A DNA stretch of 63,261 nt, filler included, from Phoronis australis (taxonomy: Eukaryota > Animalia > Phoronida), in assembly GCA_002633005.1 (NCBI GenBank). It is 6 parts of 6 records of this genome, joined end to end, with 100 filler letters (N's around TTAATTAATTAA, not from the genome) between each part and the next. Parts side by side here need not be neighbours in the genome. Positions count along the whole stretch, not along the records: positions 39,286 to 54,440 come from NMRA01001297.1; positions 54,541 to 58,234 come from NMRA01002891.1; positions 58,335 to 63,261 come from NMRA01002458.1; 3 more parts are not named here. One strand, 5' to 3'. A program made the position numbers and the translations under genes. Below the pieces are notes generated by a model. It made no database searches, was not told where the DNA came from, and saw nothing but the letters and a program-made list of their open reading frames with translations. Positions 51,501-61,500 of the stretch are shown piece after piece (position 1 is the first letter of the stretch; every line of letters starts with the position of its first letter).

Positions 51501-51874
51501 GAGACACATTTCCTAGCTTGTGCTCGAAAACACCTTCTATTAAGATGACAAACACCAGATATTCACTTCAAAATGCCACATGATCCATTCAAAATGCCAG
51601 ATGCACACTTCAAGAACATCAGATGCTCACTTCAACACCAGATGGTCATTTCAAAAACCAAATGTTTATTTCATAACACCAGATGCTTATTTCATAATAC
51701 CATATGTTCAGTTCAAATAGAGCGATGTTCACTTCAAAATGCCAACTGCTCACCTTTTTGGGTGTTTTCTGTTGTTGTTGTTGCTGCTGCTGCTGCATCC
51801 CCAGCAGGCTGACTCCACCCTTACCCCCACTCCTGGGGGACAGCTCTGAGGCTGGCTTTCTCCCTATGTTGTAT
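39563..51874 (-). CDS. CNOT2: Probable CCR4-NOT subunit 2 (CNOT2)-like gene, N-terminal exons, partial
   Basis: Exons 51874-51754, 40091-39962, 39680-39563 have strong splice sites and chain in phase: ...GMQ9KTPKK|GFPFDDEDAETGMYFSAAQSMFRADDKLMGSSSPSQLVGFGNT|TLQQRGF...SPN. This resembles my recollection of the human CNOT2 N-terminus (RKKFVEG..DENMYYSQSSMF..SGQLSQFG..SPSR). The gene is well supported; its identity is less certain because the NOT-box is not in the window. Confidence 0.6.
40260..40856 (+). mobile_element. Penelope-like element, 3' fragment (GIY-YIG endonuclease end), decayed
   Basis: Remnants KKHNVNISFHPGDT, CGVKYQVD, SALSEHVQEHNHFID and EAIYIRRHTPSINRDGGQELP, typical of PLE C-termini. 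Confidence 0.75.
40619..40762 (+). repeat. 48-bp tandem triplication inside the Penelope fragment
   Basis: Units start at 40619, 40667 and 40715. Confidence 0.95.
41785..42050. repeat. 38-bp tandem repeat x7 in the gypsy 5' leader
   Basis: Unit CTGATATTCTACACAGTAGTCAAATGCTCTGTGTTCAG. Confidence 0.95.
43540..44191 (-). mobile_element. Helentron/DINE-1-like non-autonomous element nested in the gypsy
   Basis: The minus strand begins TTTTTATGCGCCCAC with a hairpin and (CCGT)n microsatellite, has ~155-bp internal subrepeats carrying CACTAGGnGGCGC, and ends GGGCGGCATAC. Homolog near 58.8-59.4 kb. Confidence 0.55.
44772..44862. repeat. Degenerate ~17-bp tandem repeat
   Basis: TACTAGCGATCATTTT about x5. 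Confidence 0.8.
45146..47640 (-). mobile_element. Decayed DNA transposon (possibly Academ-like, PIN/XPG-like remnants) interrupting the gypsy integrase
   Basis: Separates the IN N-terminal and C-terminal parts. Minus-strand remnants GSLRKGDNAIL and THGEADVVI...IRITCDNTDI. Confidence 0.4.
47582..47838. repeat. 129-bp tandem duplication spanning the insertion/integrase junction
   Basis: 47582-47709 is nearly identical to 47711-47838. Confidence 0.9.
48225..49238. mobile_element. hAT-like non-autonomous element nested in the gypsy pol
   Basis: Perfect 8-bp TSD GGTTAGAG; TIR CAGGCCTTCATGCAG / CTGGATGAAGCCCTG; repeated GGACGCCC subterminal motifs. The gypsy reading NDYRVR|VQNKVKLFH rejoins across it. 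Confidence 0.88.
51552..51750. repeat. Degenerate ~21-bp tandem repeat
   Basis: ACACCAGATGCTCACTTCAAA-like units. Confidence 0.7.
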
Positions 51875-51945
51875 CTGAAGCAAACGAATGTACATCAATC
51901 CATATAGCCATGATTGTCATGTGAGAGGAGTGGCATGGTATTGTA

Positions 51946-53333
51946 TGGGAGGTGAACCTATTCACAATCACTAACTAGTAAAGCTGGAATTTTATGAGAG
52001 ATTAATCAACACAATCACTAGTGAGGCTGGTGCTGCATGAGAAGTCAACCTATTCATAACCATTAGTGAAGCTGGTGTTGCATGAGAGGTCAACCTATTC
52101 ATAACCATTAGTGAAGCTGGTGCTGTATGAGAGGTCAACCTATTCATAACCATTAGTGAAGCTGGTGCTGTATGAGAGGTCAACCTATTCATAACCATTA
52201 GTGAAGCTGGTGCTGTATGAGAGGTTAACCTATTCATAACCATTAGTGAGGCTGGTGCTGTATGAGAGGTTAACCTATTTATAACCATTAGTGAAGCTGG
52301 TGCTGTATGAGAGGTCAACCTATTTATAACCATTAGTGAAGCTGGTGCTGTATGAGAGGTCAACCTATTCATAACCATTAGTGAAGCTGGTGCTGTATGA
52401 GAGGTTAACCTATTCATAACCATTAGTGAGGCTGGTGCTGTATGAGAGGTTAACCTATTTATAACCATTAGTGAAGCTGGTGCTGTATGAGAGGTCAACC
52501 TATTTATAACCATTAGTGAAGCTGGTGCTGTATGAGAGGTCAACCTATTCATAACCATTAGTGAAGCTGGTGCTGTATGAGAGGTTAACCTATTCATAAC
52601 CATTAGTGAGGCTGGTGCTGTATGAGAGGTTAACCTATTTATAACCATTAGTGAAGCTGGTGCTGTATGAGAGGTCAACCTATTTATAACCATTAGTGAA
52701 GCTGGTGCTGTATGAGAGGTCAACCTATTCATAACCATTAGTGAAGCTGGTGCTGTATGAGAGGTTAACCTATTCATAACCATTAGTGAGGCTGGTGCTG
52801 TATGAGAGGTTAACCTATTTATAACCATTAGTGAAGCTGGTGCTGTATGAGAGGTCAACCTATTTATAACCATTAGTGAAGCTGGTGCTGTATGAGAGGT
52901 CAACCTATTCATAACCATTAGTGAAGCTGGTGCTGTATGAGAGGTTAACCTATTCATAACCATTAGTGAGGCTGGTGCTGTATGAGAGGTTAACCTATTT
53001 ATAACCATTAGTGAAGCTGGTGCTGTATGAGAGGTCAACCTATTCATAACCATTAGTGAGGCTGGTGCTGTATGAGAGGTTAACCTATTCATAACCATTA
53101 GTGAAGCTGGTGCTGTATGAGAGGTCAACCTATTCATAACCATTAGTGAGGCTGGTGTTGCATGAGAGGTCAACCTATTCATAACCATTAGTGAGGCTGG
53201 TGTTGCATGAGAGGTTAACCTATTCATAACCATTAGTGAAGCTGGTGTTGCATGAGAGGTCAACCTATTCATAACCATTAGTGAAGCTGGTGTTGCATGA
53301 GAGGTTAACCTATTCATAACCATTAGTGAAGCT
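51946..53333. repeat. 45-bp minisatellite, about 30 copies, with a 180-bp higher-order repeat
   Basis: Unit GAGGTCAACCTATTCATAACCATTAGTGAAGCTGGTGCTGTATGA; the 180-bp blocks starting at 52201, 52381, 52561 and 52741 are identical. Confidence 0.97.
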
Positions 53334-53820
53334 GCTACCGTCAGTTGATCAAAGACTACAAAACTTCCATGTCCAAAAAAGAGCATTCTTACTGTTTTTG
53401 TCAAAAAAACTAAATTAGTGGTTATCCTGAACATATTTTAATGCTAGTATCTACTAGTGTACACATTTGGCACTAAGAAAACACAGTGACCAACGATGAA
53501 ACACGACTGAATTACAAGATGAAAGCCTTCGTCGACACATGACGGTATTGAAACACTTTGTTGCTTTTATTCAAACTTTACATTCAGGAAGCCTTGATGT
53601 ATTTCAACACATTCTGAGGCAAGTGATATTGGGTATTGAACAGAATACAGACAAAGACAGGAGATTGTAGTAAGTCGCAGCAAAGATACATATGAGTTAG
53701 TATAGGGCACATTACAGAGGAGAATACATAAGTGTTAGTATAAAACACAAATTGCAGCGGGGAATATGCAAGATTTAGAATAGAAAACAACTGGAATATA
53801 TGAGTGCTAGAATTGACAAA

Positions 53821-54300
53821 AGTTGCAACAAGGAATACACAAGAGTTAGTGTAGAACACAAGTAGCAACAAGGAATACACAAGAGTTAGAGTTGAACACA
53901 AGTTGCAACAGGGAATACATAAGAGTTAGAGTTGCACACAAGTTGCAACAAGGAATACATAAGAGTTAGTTTAGAACACAAGTTGCAACAAGGAATACAC
54001 AAGAGTTAGAGTTGCACACAAGTTGCAACAAGGAATACATAAGAGTTAGATTAGAACACAAGTTGCAACAAGGAATACACAAGAGTTAGTGTAGAACACA
54101 AGTTGCGACAAGGAATACATAAGAGTTAGTGTAGAACACAAGATGCGACAAGCAATACACAAGAGTTAGTGTAGAACACAAGTTGCAACAAGGAATACAC
54201 AAGAGTTAGTGTAGAACACAAGTTGCTGCACGGAATACCAAAGTTGCAATAAGGGACAGATAACAGGTTAGTGTAGAGCACAAGTTCAAGCAGGAAATAC
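53821..54300. repeat. 40-bp minisatellite, about 10 copies, degenerate flanks
   Basis: Unit AGTTGCAACAAGGAATACACAAGAGTTAGTGTAGAACACA. Confidence 0.92.
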
Positions 54301-57300
54301 ACAAGACTGGCAGTCACTTGTGTACACAGTTACAGGCTGCAGCAGCAGCTTCTCTACACATGATTCCACCTTATATTTTCCAATACGAACGCCTCGGTTA
54401 TTGAGCAGACTCTTACTTATGAATTCAATAACCTATGAACNNNNNNNNNNNNNNNNNNNNNNNNNNNNNNNNNNNNNNNNNNNNTTAATTAATTAANNNN
54501 NNNNNNNNNNNNNNNNNNNNNNNNNNNNNNNNNNNNNNNNGACGTGATAATGTGGGTTGTGACCTTAACCACCTCTCATAAGGACTGAGACTGATTCGTA
54601 TGTGACAGTGGAGACACATGTACCGTATTAACCAGGAGAGCAGGAAACTTCATTGCCAAGACAGCACCAAAATACCCCTCCAACACATTAAAGCTCAATC
54701 AGAGAAGAAAAAATAGCTATGCATGTGCTCAAGCTACCTATAAATAAATGATCTTCATTTAAATTTACTTAACATCAACTGAGTGTGCAATCACTAATGG
54801 GTAATTCATATTAAGTTTTGTAAGCGCCCGTTCCCTTAGATTTTTATCACCCATGGTAATTCATGTATTATCTGTTGTTTATGGATTGAAGACAACAAAA
54901 AGTAAATATACCTGTAAACAACAGTGTGCCTAAGCGAAACTTGATTCTTTCTTAGGGCGCGGCCCGGCCAGGTGTTTTTTTATCATGAAACACTATGGAA
55001 AGTCTATGGTTTTCGAGCAATTTTTATTAATAGTTCTGTCTAATGCCAGTGTACCACAGAATACTATTTACTACATCAAGTACTAAACTGTTTGCACCTA
55101 TTGAAACAATTTTTTTCAAATGAGAAAATCACTGGCAGGCAAGAGATAACCTGCTAAAAAGTGCTGTAGCCGGGTTTCGGGAAAATATTTATTAACATCT
55201 GGGGATACATAATTCATTAAAAACTCTCTGTGAAATAATATGTTGACTTTTGTTAATATTTTGTATTGAAATGCATGATAATCAGAGTATTGCAGGCTCT
55301 TAAGGGTAGGTCAGTTATAGGATACTACCAATTTGTTTACGCAGCTGGTAACTCTGAGGGTGATGACACCATTTGTATGTCTTGCTGTTCTTCAACGGAA
55401 CTATGGATATGCAGGCGAATCTGTGGCAAATGCAAGTCGATATTGAACAAAAACATGCCGTTGTGGTCGACATCAGCTAACTGATGATTAACTTTCAAAA
55501 TTATAGATGAAAATGGCCACATTTCACTCACAGACAGCAGACGGCTTATCACTGCCGTAAATCAAACGAGAAGCTGGAAATTAAACACAACCGCAGGTAG
55601 GTAGCGATTCGCAGTAGCAGACGCAGCCGACATCAGACACCTAGTAGCTGAGCAAAAGTATTTATTATACAGCCTCAGAATTTTATATGTGAAATATCAC
55701 ACATACATTCTTAATTCTGAACTTTTGAGGATCAACAAAAGTCATAATACAGAGCATTATTTGTTACAAATCTATCTGTGACTCGTCAGAGTTACAAAAG
55801 TGTCTTGATCAGCTGGACTTTAAAATCCATAAGAAATACACAGGAACAAACTATAATCGGTAATTTGAAAGGGAAAAGAGGGTATTACAAAGTTTGATGA
55901 TAAACTTGTTATTGCCAAATATCAGCGTTACTGGTGAAAAATTGTCCACGTTTCTTGAGGTTTGAAGTTTGCCCAGCTCAGACTTATGTTAACGACGATC
56001 ATTCGGAATCCAATATTTGAACGCGCAAGTCATTTTTAAAGACAAAGTTTCACACCAAAACAATTGCTTTTCAACACAAATAATAGCACTGTGGGAATCT
56101 GTTGCACAAGACAGTGCTTGTCCGCACAGCTTGGTTAATTAGAAAAGACCAGCAGTAATGACCTTATTCGACTTCAGCCGAGTCAATTCTGAGAACAGGC
56201 ATACCGGTATGTGGTTACATAACCGTCTGTGATGTCAGATCAGTTAGACAGCTGTGTATTGCAATGGCTATAGCTTGCTTCATATGTTAATTCCTTTCAA
56301 CTCCATTTGTTGGCATAACTAAATTGTTTTTTCCAACGAGGTGTAAAGACTAGAGTATCACAGAAAATAAAGCATAATACAAAATATTACAATTTTGATT
56401 TTTTTTCATTTTCAGCAGTGAGTAGGAAGGATGTCACCTTTTAATTTAACCACGTATATAATTGAAAATTGAGTGGATGTGGCAATCTCAATGACAGAAT
56501 TACAAGAACACTTGAAATGGAAGTCTTCTGAACTTGTTTTTTTAAATTCATGTGTTTGTCTATTGAAATAATAATAAACTCAAGGTATCAAGAAATATTA
56601 CCTGAAGATGCCAGCGAACATATTATTTCAGGCGTTCATTGTGGCAAGGTAATTCTACCATGCTTTGGTCACTGAGTCATAGAAATCAAAGAACAAATCA
56701 GAAGACGATTATGATTTAATCCACAGTTCAAATTATAACAAAGTGCTTCAGGCGGAATTATATACTTGGTTTCTACAGTGAAAGACTTTTAAGGTAGTTG
56801 ATGGTTACATGTACTGTACATAAGTCAAAACTGAAATAATCTCAGTACAGTAAAGTTGATATGTAAGTCAAAATGATCTATTCTTTTACCAAAATAAGTA
56901 ACTTAGAATGCGCAGTAGTTTAGAACATTTAAGCAATACAAACGTTATCCAACAACAAGACAAATTTACATGATATGAAAGTGGATATGCCTAACTATTA
57001 CCATGGCGACCAGGTGTTTCCTTACATTAGAATTCGACAAGCATGATTTGAAAAAATAAGAAGTTGCATGGAAAAAGCATTGGAGGCTGGAAGCTTCACA
57101 ATCCAACATGGCCGATTACTCTAATTAAGAGCCTTTACATTTTGGGCCTTGATAACTTGAATTAAGAATGCAAAAAGTTACAACGCATGTATTAAAATTT
57201 AGAAAAATATGAATTATGTTGTGACACATAGTCAAACATTGAAGCGCAATTGACTTTCAAAGAAAAAAACGATTTAAAAACTTTTCCAACTATTTTTAAG

Positions 57301-58197
57301 CTGAGTGTATGGTCAACTGAATGGGATATTCACACTACAATAATTAAAATATTCCTGATTATTATTTTTTGAACAAAAACATAAACATTGTGCAGAGTTG
57401 CTTTTTGTAGCAGCTTTCATCTAAATGTATCAAAATTAAAACTTAACCAAGTACAAAATAGATGTCCTTCAAGTTTGTAATGGAATTCATTTCCGCTATC
57501 GCATTGGCCAATAGCCTAGGACGACCAGGAATATCCAGATATAGTGCTGATTCAAATTTCAGGCTATTTTTCAAAAATCCCGTTCACGTATCTCTTGCTC
57601 CGAAAATGGGCCCACGTAGGCTACAGAGGTGTAAGAAGATGTGTTTCCGGTCGCCTGGCGTCTTGCAATGGAATTTTTCACTGAGTTGAGGAGAAATTAG
57701 CTCACAATCGGTAAGAAACAATGTAACCATTTTTACATCAGGTATGATCTTAAGAGTGCTTTGGAAGTTGGAAAAAATTATACATAATTATACATTTTTC
57801 GCCTGTAAGTAGATGGTTTGAGGTTATTTTCAAACAGTCTCTTCAGTTTTTGTAATCCACAAATTATACTTGTGACAACATCAGCATTTGTTTTACGATT
57901 GAATGTTTTGCAATTGTTATTTTGGCTCATTGTGAAACGGTGAACATAATCATCACTGTCTCATTCCGGTGATGAGACACTAAGGTCATACTCGCCCGGG
58001 CACAGCCGGTCTTTTCCAATTGAAGACGAATGTAGACAATTCATTCCCAATGCGACGCAACGTTTTTTTACAAAAGCTAAACTTTGCAATGTGACGTAAT
58101 ATACCTAGCGTAACATGCAGCAAGTGTGTTGGGTATTGTAATGGCCGTCATGTTTACGCGTCCATTTGAAGAATACAAGTTTGAAACCATATATGAC

Positions 58198-58234
58198 CAG
58201 TGGCGGATTTAGATTGGGGCCAAGGGGGCCATGG
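58198..58234 (+). mobile_element. MITE family C, 5' end truncated by a gap
   Basis: CAGTGGCGGATTTAGATTGGGGCCAAGGGGGCCATG matches the 7509 and 11683 copies. Confidence 0.75.
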
Positions 58235-58779
58235 NNNNNNNNNNNNNNNNNNNNNNNNNNNNNNNNNNNNNNNNNNNNTTAATTAATTAANNNNNNNNNN
58301 NNNNNNNNNNNNNNNNNNNNNNNNNNNNNNNNNNATTCACTGGTATTTCATTTGTTTTCGTTTTGTTATGCCCCCCACCCCCCACCCACACACACACGCG
58401 CGCGGGCGCACACATACTTATATGGTTACATATTGCCATCACTTTGTCGGGTTCAGTGTCTGCTCCATGTCTCGGATTTTGATCGTGAAGCACATGGGAG
58501 TAGTGCATCGCTACAATGGTTCATGTCATTTTTCAATCTGCCCGCCCCCTAGTATAATGATATCTAGAGAATGGATTGACGGATTTCGATGTAACTTGAC
58601 GCATAGCTATGTGATATCAATGCGCGGGCACGATTATAGTTCGGCTAATAAGGAGGGGATGCCAAAAATCGGATTATTAATTATTAAAAAGGGCCACTGG
58701 TTTGCGTACAACACGTCGAATCTACCCAAAAATGAGAAGATTTACCAGTCTCCTTAATGGAAAACTCTTTGTCAAATCC

Positions 58780-59430
58780 GGCTAGGAACTCCGAAGCTGC
58801 AGATGAAAACGTAATTGGCACTAGCGGGCCAACGGTAGTCGGGTCCGTCCGAAAGTTGTCATACGTTGTCTAGTTCATCATAGAAAATAACACCTGCAAA
58901 ATTTAACAAAGATGATGCAGGGTACTTAGGAGATACAGGGCCATGGACGCAAAAAATACCACTAAGGAGTGTTTCAGTAGCTGGAACCTTCCGAAAATTA
59001 ACGTCAGCCCTGCACTTTTCAGTAGGAACGGTTTCAGTGGCGGATACAGAGGCGGAAGTAAAAAAATCGAAAACAGCAAAAGTCGTGACCATCTGGTGGC
59101 GCAGATTACGTCGAATCCATTCAAAAACTGGAAGACTTCTTGTCGTCTTCCTAATACAAACCTACGAAATTTCATGAAAATCCGCTAAGGAACCCCGGAG
59201 ACACAGAGACAAACGTGAAAACTAAAACGGTCACTAGAGCCACACCCTTCCGAAAATTCGCTTGCGTCGTCTCAATCATGAACATGTCTGCAAAATATCA
59301 CGAACATGATCGTTCAAGGGGTTTTGATGGTGTATCAAAGAACGCCGGACGGCGCCGCTGGACGCATGGTGGACGGACGGACGGACGAACGGACGGACGC
59401 ACATGTCAGGTTTTTCCTTTTACGTGGCTG
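58780..59430 (-). mobile_element. Relative of the 43.5-44.2 kb Helentron-like element
   Basis: Shares CACTAG..CGGTAGTCGG.TC.GTCCGAAAGTT, AATTTCATGAAAATCCG and a (GGAC)n tract. Confidence 0.55.
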
Positions 59431-59679
59431 CTACCCTTTCTTGCTGTAGATTTTGTCGTAGTGCTAAAATGTTATTCCATTTACAGGCTTCGCATTTTGT
59501 CGTAGTCATAATGGCTTTCAACTTCACATAAAAATTTCATTCTTACCTACAAGTAAACTGATTAGACATTTGTTGTTAAGTTGTGAATGTCGCTTTCATG
59601 AGAAATGTTTGACTAGCGCAAAGATCAGTATATTTTTTTCGTGAAGAACACACACAATATCCGCTGATAAGTCTTTTCA

Positions 59680-60875
59680 TGTTTTCAACATTTATTGCAA
59701 AAACAAAATGACAAAGTACAAAAATAACAAACAGAGACAGAAATCCCCAATGGCACACCACAAACACACACACACGCACACAAATTTCACCGAAAACTCT
59801 ATTTCACAAACCAAGAATTTCCAAATGTTCTTTTCTCATCTGCATCTCGTTTTAAGAATAAAAAAACCAGACCCTCTTTGGAAAAATAGGTCTTTTTTGC
59901 ATTAATATACATATATCAACTATTTTTCCCCAAAAGACTTAACAAAAATGCAATCCCACAATGAATGTTCACTCCTACAAAATGTACATCGGTTAGTTGG
60001 AGAAATACCAATTCGCATTAAAAAGTTATTAGTTGTTAAAATTCTGTGTACAATTCTCATTTGAAATCAATTGAGTCCAACATTTATGCACAATTCAAAA
60101 AATAGAAGTTTGAAAACACAAATTCCATTCGGTAATTGATCTTGCAAAACCAAAGTATTGTCCCATTTTTCAAAAACCAAAAGGAATAGAAACTTCGTGT
60201 TACAAGGGGGCGGAACAGTATCATTTTCTCTTCTTACACCTCGTTTGATGTCGAAACAAACTCAAATGTTGAAACAAGCACATCCTTCCAAAAGGATTTA
60301 TTTTGGAATGGGATAACATAGTTTCCTCCATCAAACACCTTTTCAATTTCAATTTGACCTGAGTTCTGCAAAATATCTATTCATGCCGAATTGTTTTTCC
60401 CACCTAAAATCTTTTTAACCATGTTACGTTAAGAGCTTTAATAAACTGAACCATGTTGAGACCACAATTTTTATAATTCTGAACCATTGTCTTACGAGGA
60501 ATTCTATCTTTTTTGTTACTCTAAATAAACTTAAAAATCATTTTCTCCAGTTGTTTGATAAAGTCGTCCTTCAGTGTAAGCTTTAGCAATAATAAAAATT
60601 TCACCACACAAATTTTTCCCAGAAGACCGAGTTACCTTCTGGACCAAGAGCGTAAGATATTCTGAATATCAATAAGTTTTGCATTTAAGTTCAAGCAAAC
60701 CATTTCGCCTAGATTCACACTAAATTTAATCCTCACAGTCGAATATTCTGTTTTTGACCAATTTAAAGTTTTTGACAAAACAGGTATCCAGGTATCATAC
60801 TTCATGGTTCCAAACCACATGCACTCAGTTTTTTTCAGTATTAGGTTTAAGACCGGAATACCTTTTATGTATTTT
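59680..60875 (-). mobile_element. Decayed L1/Tx1 3' fragment
   Basis: Minus-strand YSGLKPN.EK.ECMWFG (with a frameshift) is homologous to FSGLKPNIEKTRCVWIG of the 19.5-kb element; AATAAA near 59696. Confidence 0.65.
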
Positions 60876-60899
60876 TACACTTTTTTGAATTGTAGTCTA

Positions 60900-61500
60900 T
60901 CATCAGAAGACGGTAGTCGTAGCGCCAGGCCTGGATTCCCAAACCCGGGATAATACCCATATTCTTCGCGTTGGTAGACCACGGTTGGTGACGCTCACAC
61001 TTCCCGATTGCCTACAAAAGGTGACTCGAATTAATTAAAGTTCCTCCGAAAGTGGGTCTTTTTGAGTTGAAACTCAACTGAAGGATCCATTTAGCATCAA
61101 AATTCTATAGAAGGATACTTTCATTTTAATTGAAAATAGTTTTATTAAAATTAATACACTCTAAAGAGTGTATTTCTCATTAACTTCCAAATCACTAAAT
61201 AAAATGCTTTATTGAAAGCAAGACCAACACTTCATCTTACGCATTTTCGTAGACTGAGGCAACAAAAGGGTCCCTTGTCTCAGTCTAAAAGGAGTTGGTA
61301 TTCTAATAAATTTCCCAGCGGCACATCCTGCAAAAATCGAGTACAGCACATTCTCCCCGACCGAGAGTTTTTTTCGTGTAAAAGTAGTCATTCTACCTGT
61401 GTAGATGAGTTTGGAATACCCCGTGCATTTTTCACCGAAGCCCTCAACCAGACAGTTGGCGAGTAACTGCAATGGAAATATACATCAACAAAGGTTCAAC
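60900..61500 (-). mobile_element. Possible Penelope-like GIY-YIG remnant
   Basis: ENVLYSIF.GC...FI followed by KWILQL, resembling PLE endonuclease motifs; very degenerate. Confidence 0.3.

Noticed and set aside
51472-51512. 41-nt candidate minus-strand exon next to the 3' LTR
   Set aside because: Weak acceptor, and unnecessary because the 51754 donor joins the 40091 acceptor in phase.
51992-53434. 480-aa ORF as a protein-coding gene
   Set aside because: It is a translation of a 45-bp minisatellite, with no domain or splice support.
41785-54300. 38-, 45- and 40-bp repeats as CRISPR arrays
   Set aside because: They are head-to-tail units without unique spacers, there are no cas genes, and the context is eukaryotic.
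60880-60915. Minus-strand CTGATGA as a hammerhead core
   Set aside because: No closing stem II or GAAA; the sequence runs into the L1 fragment.
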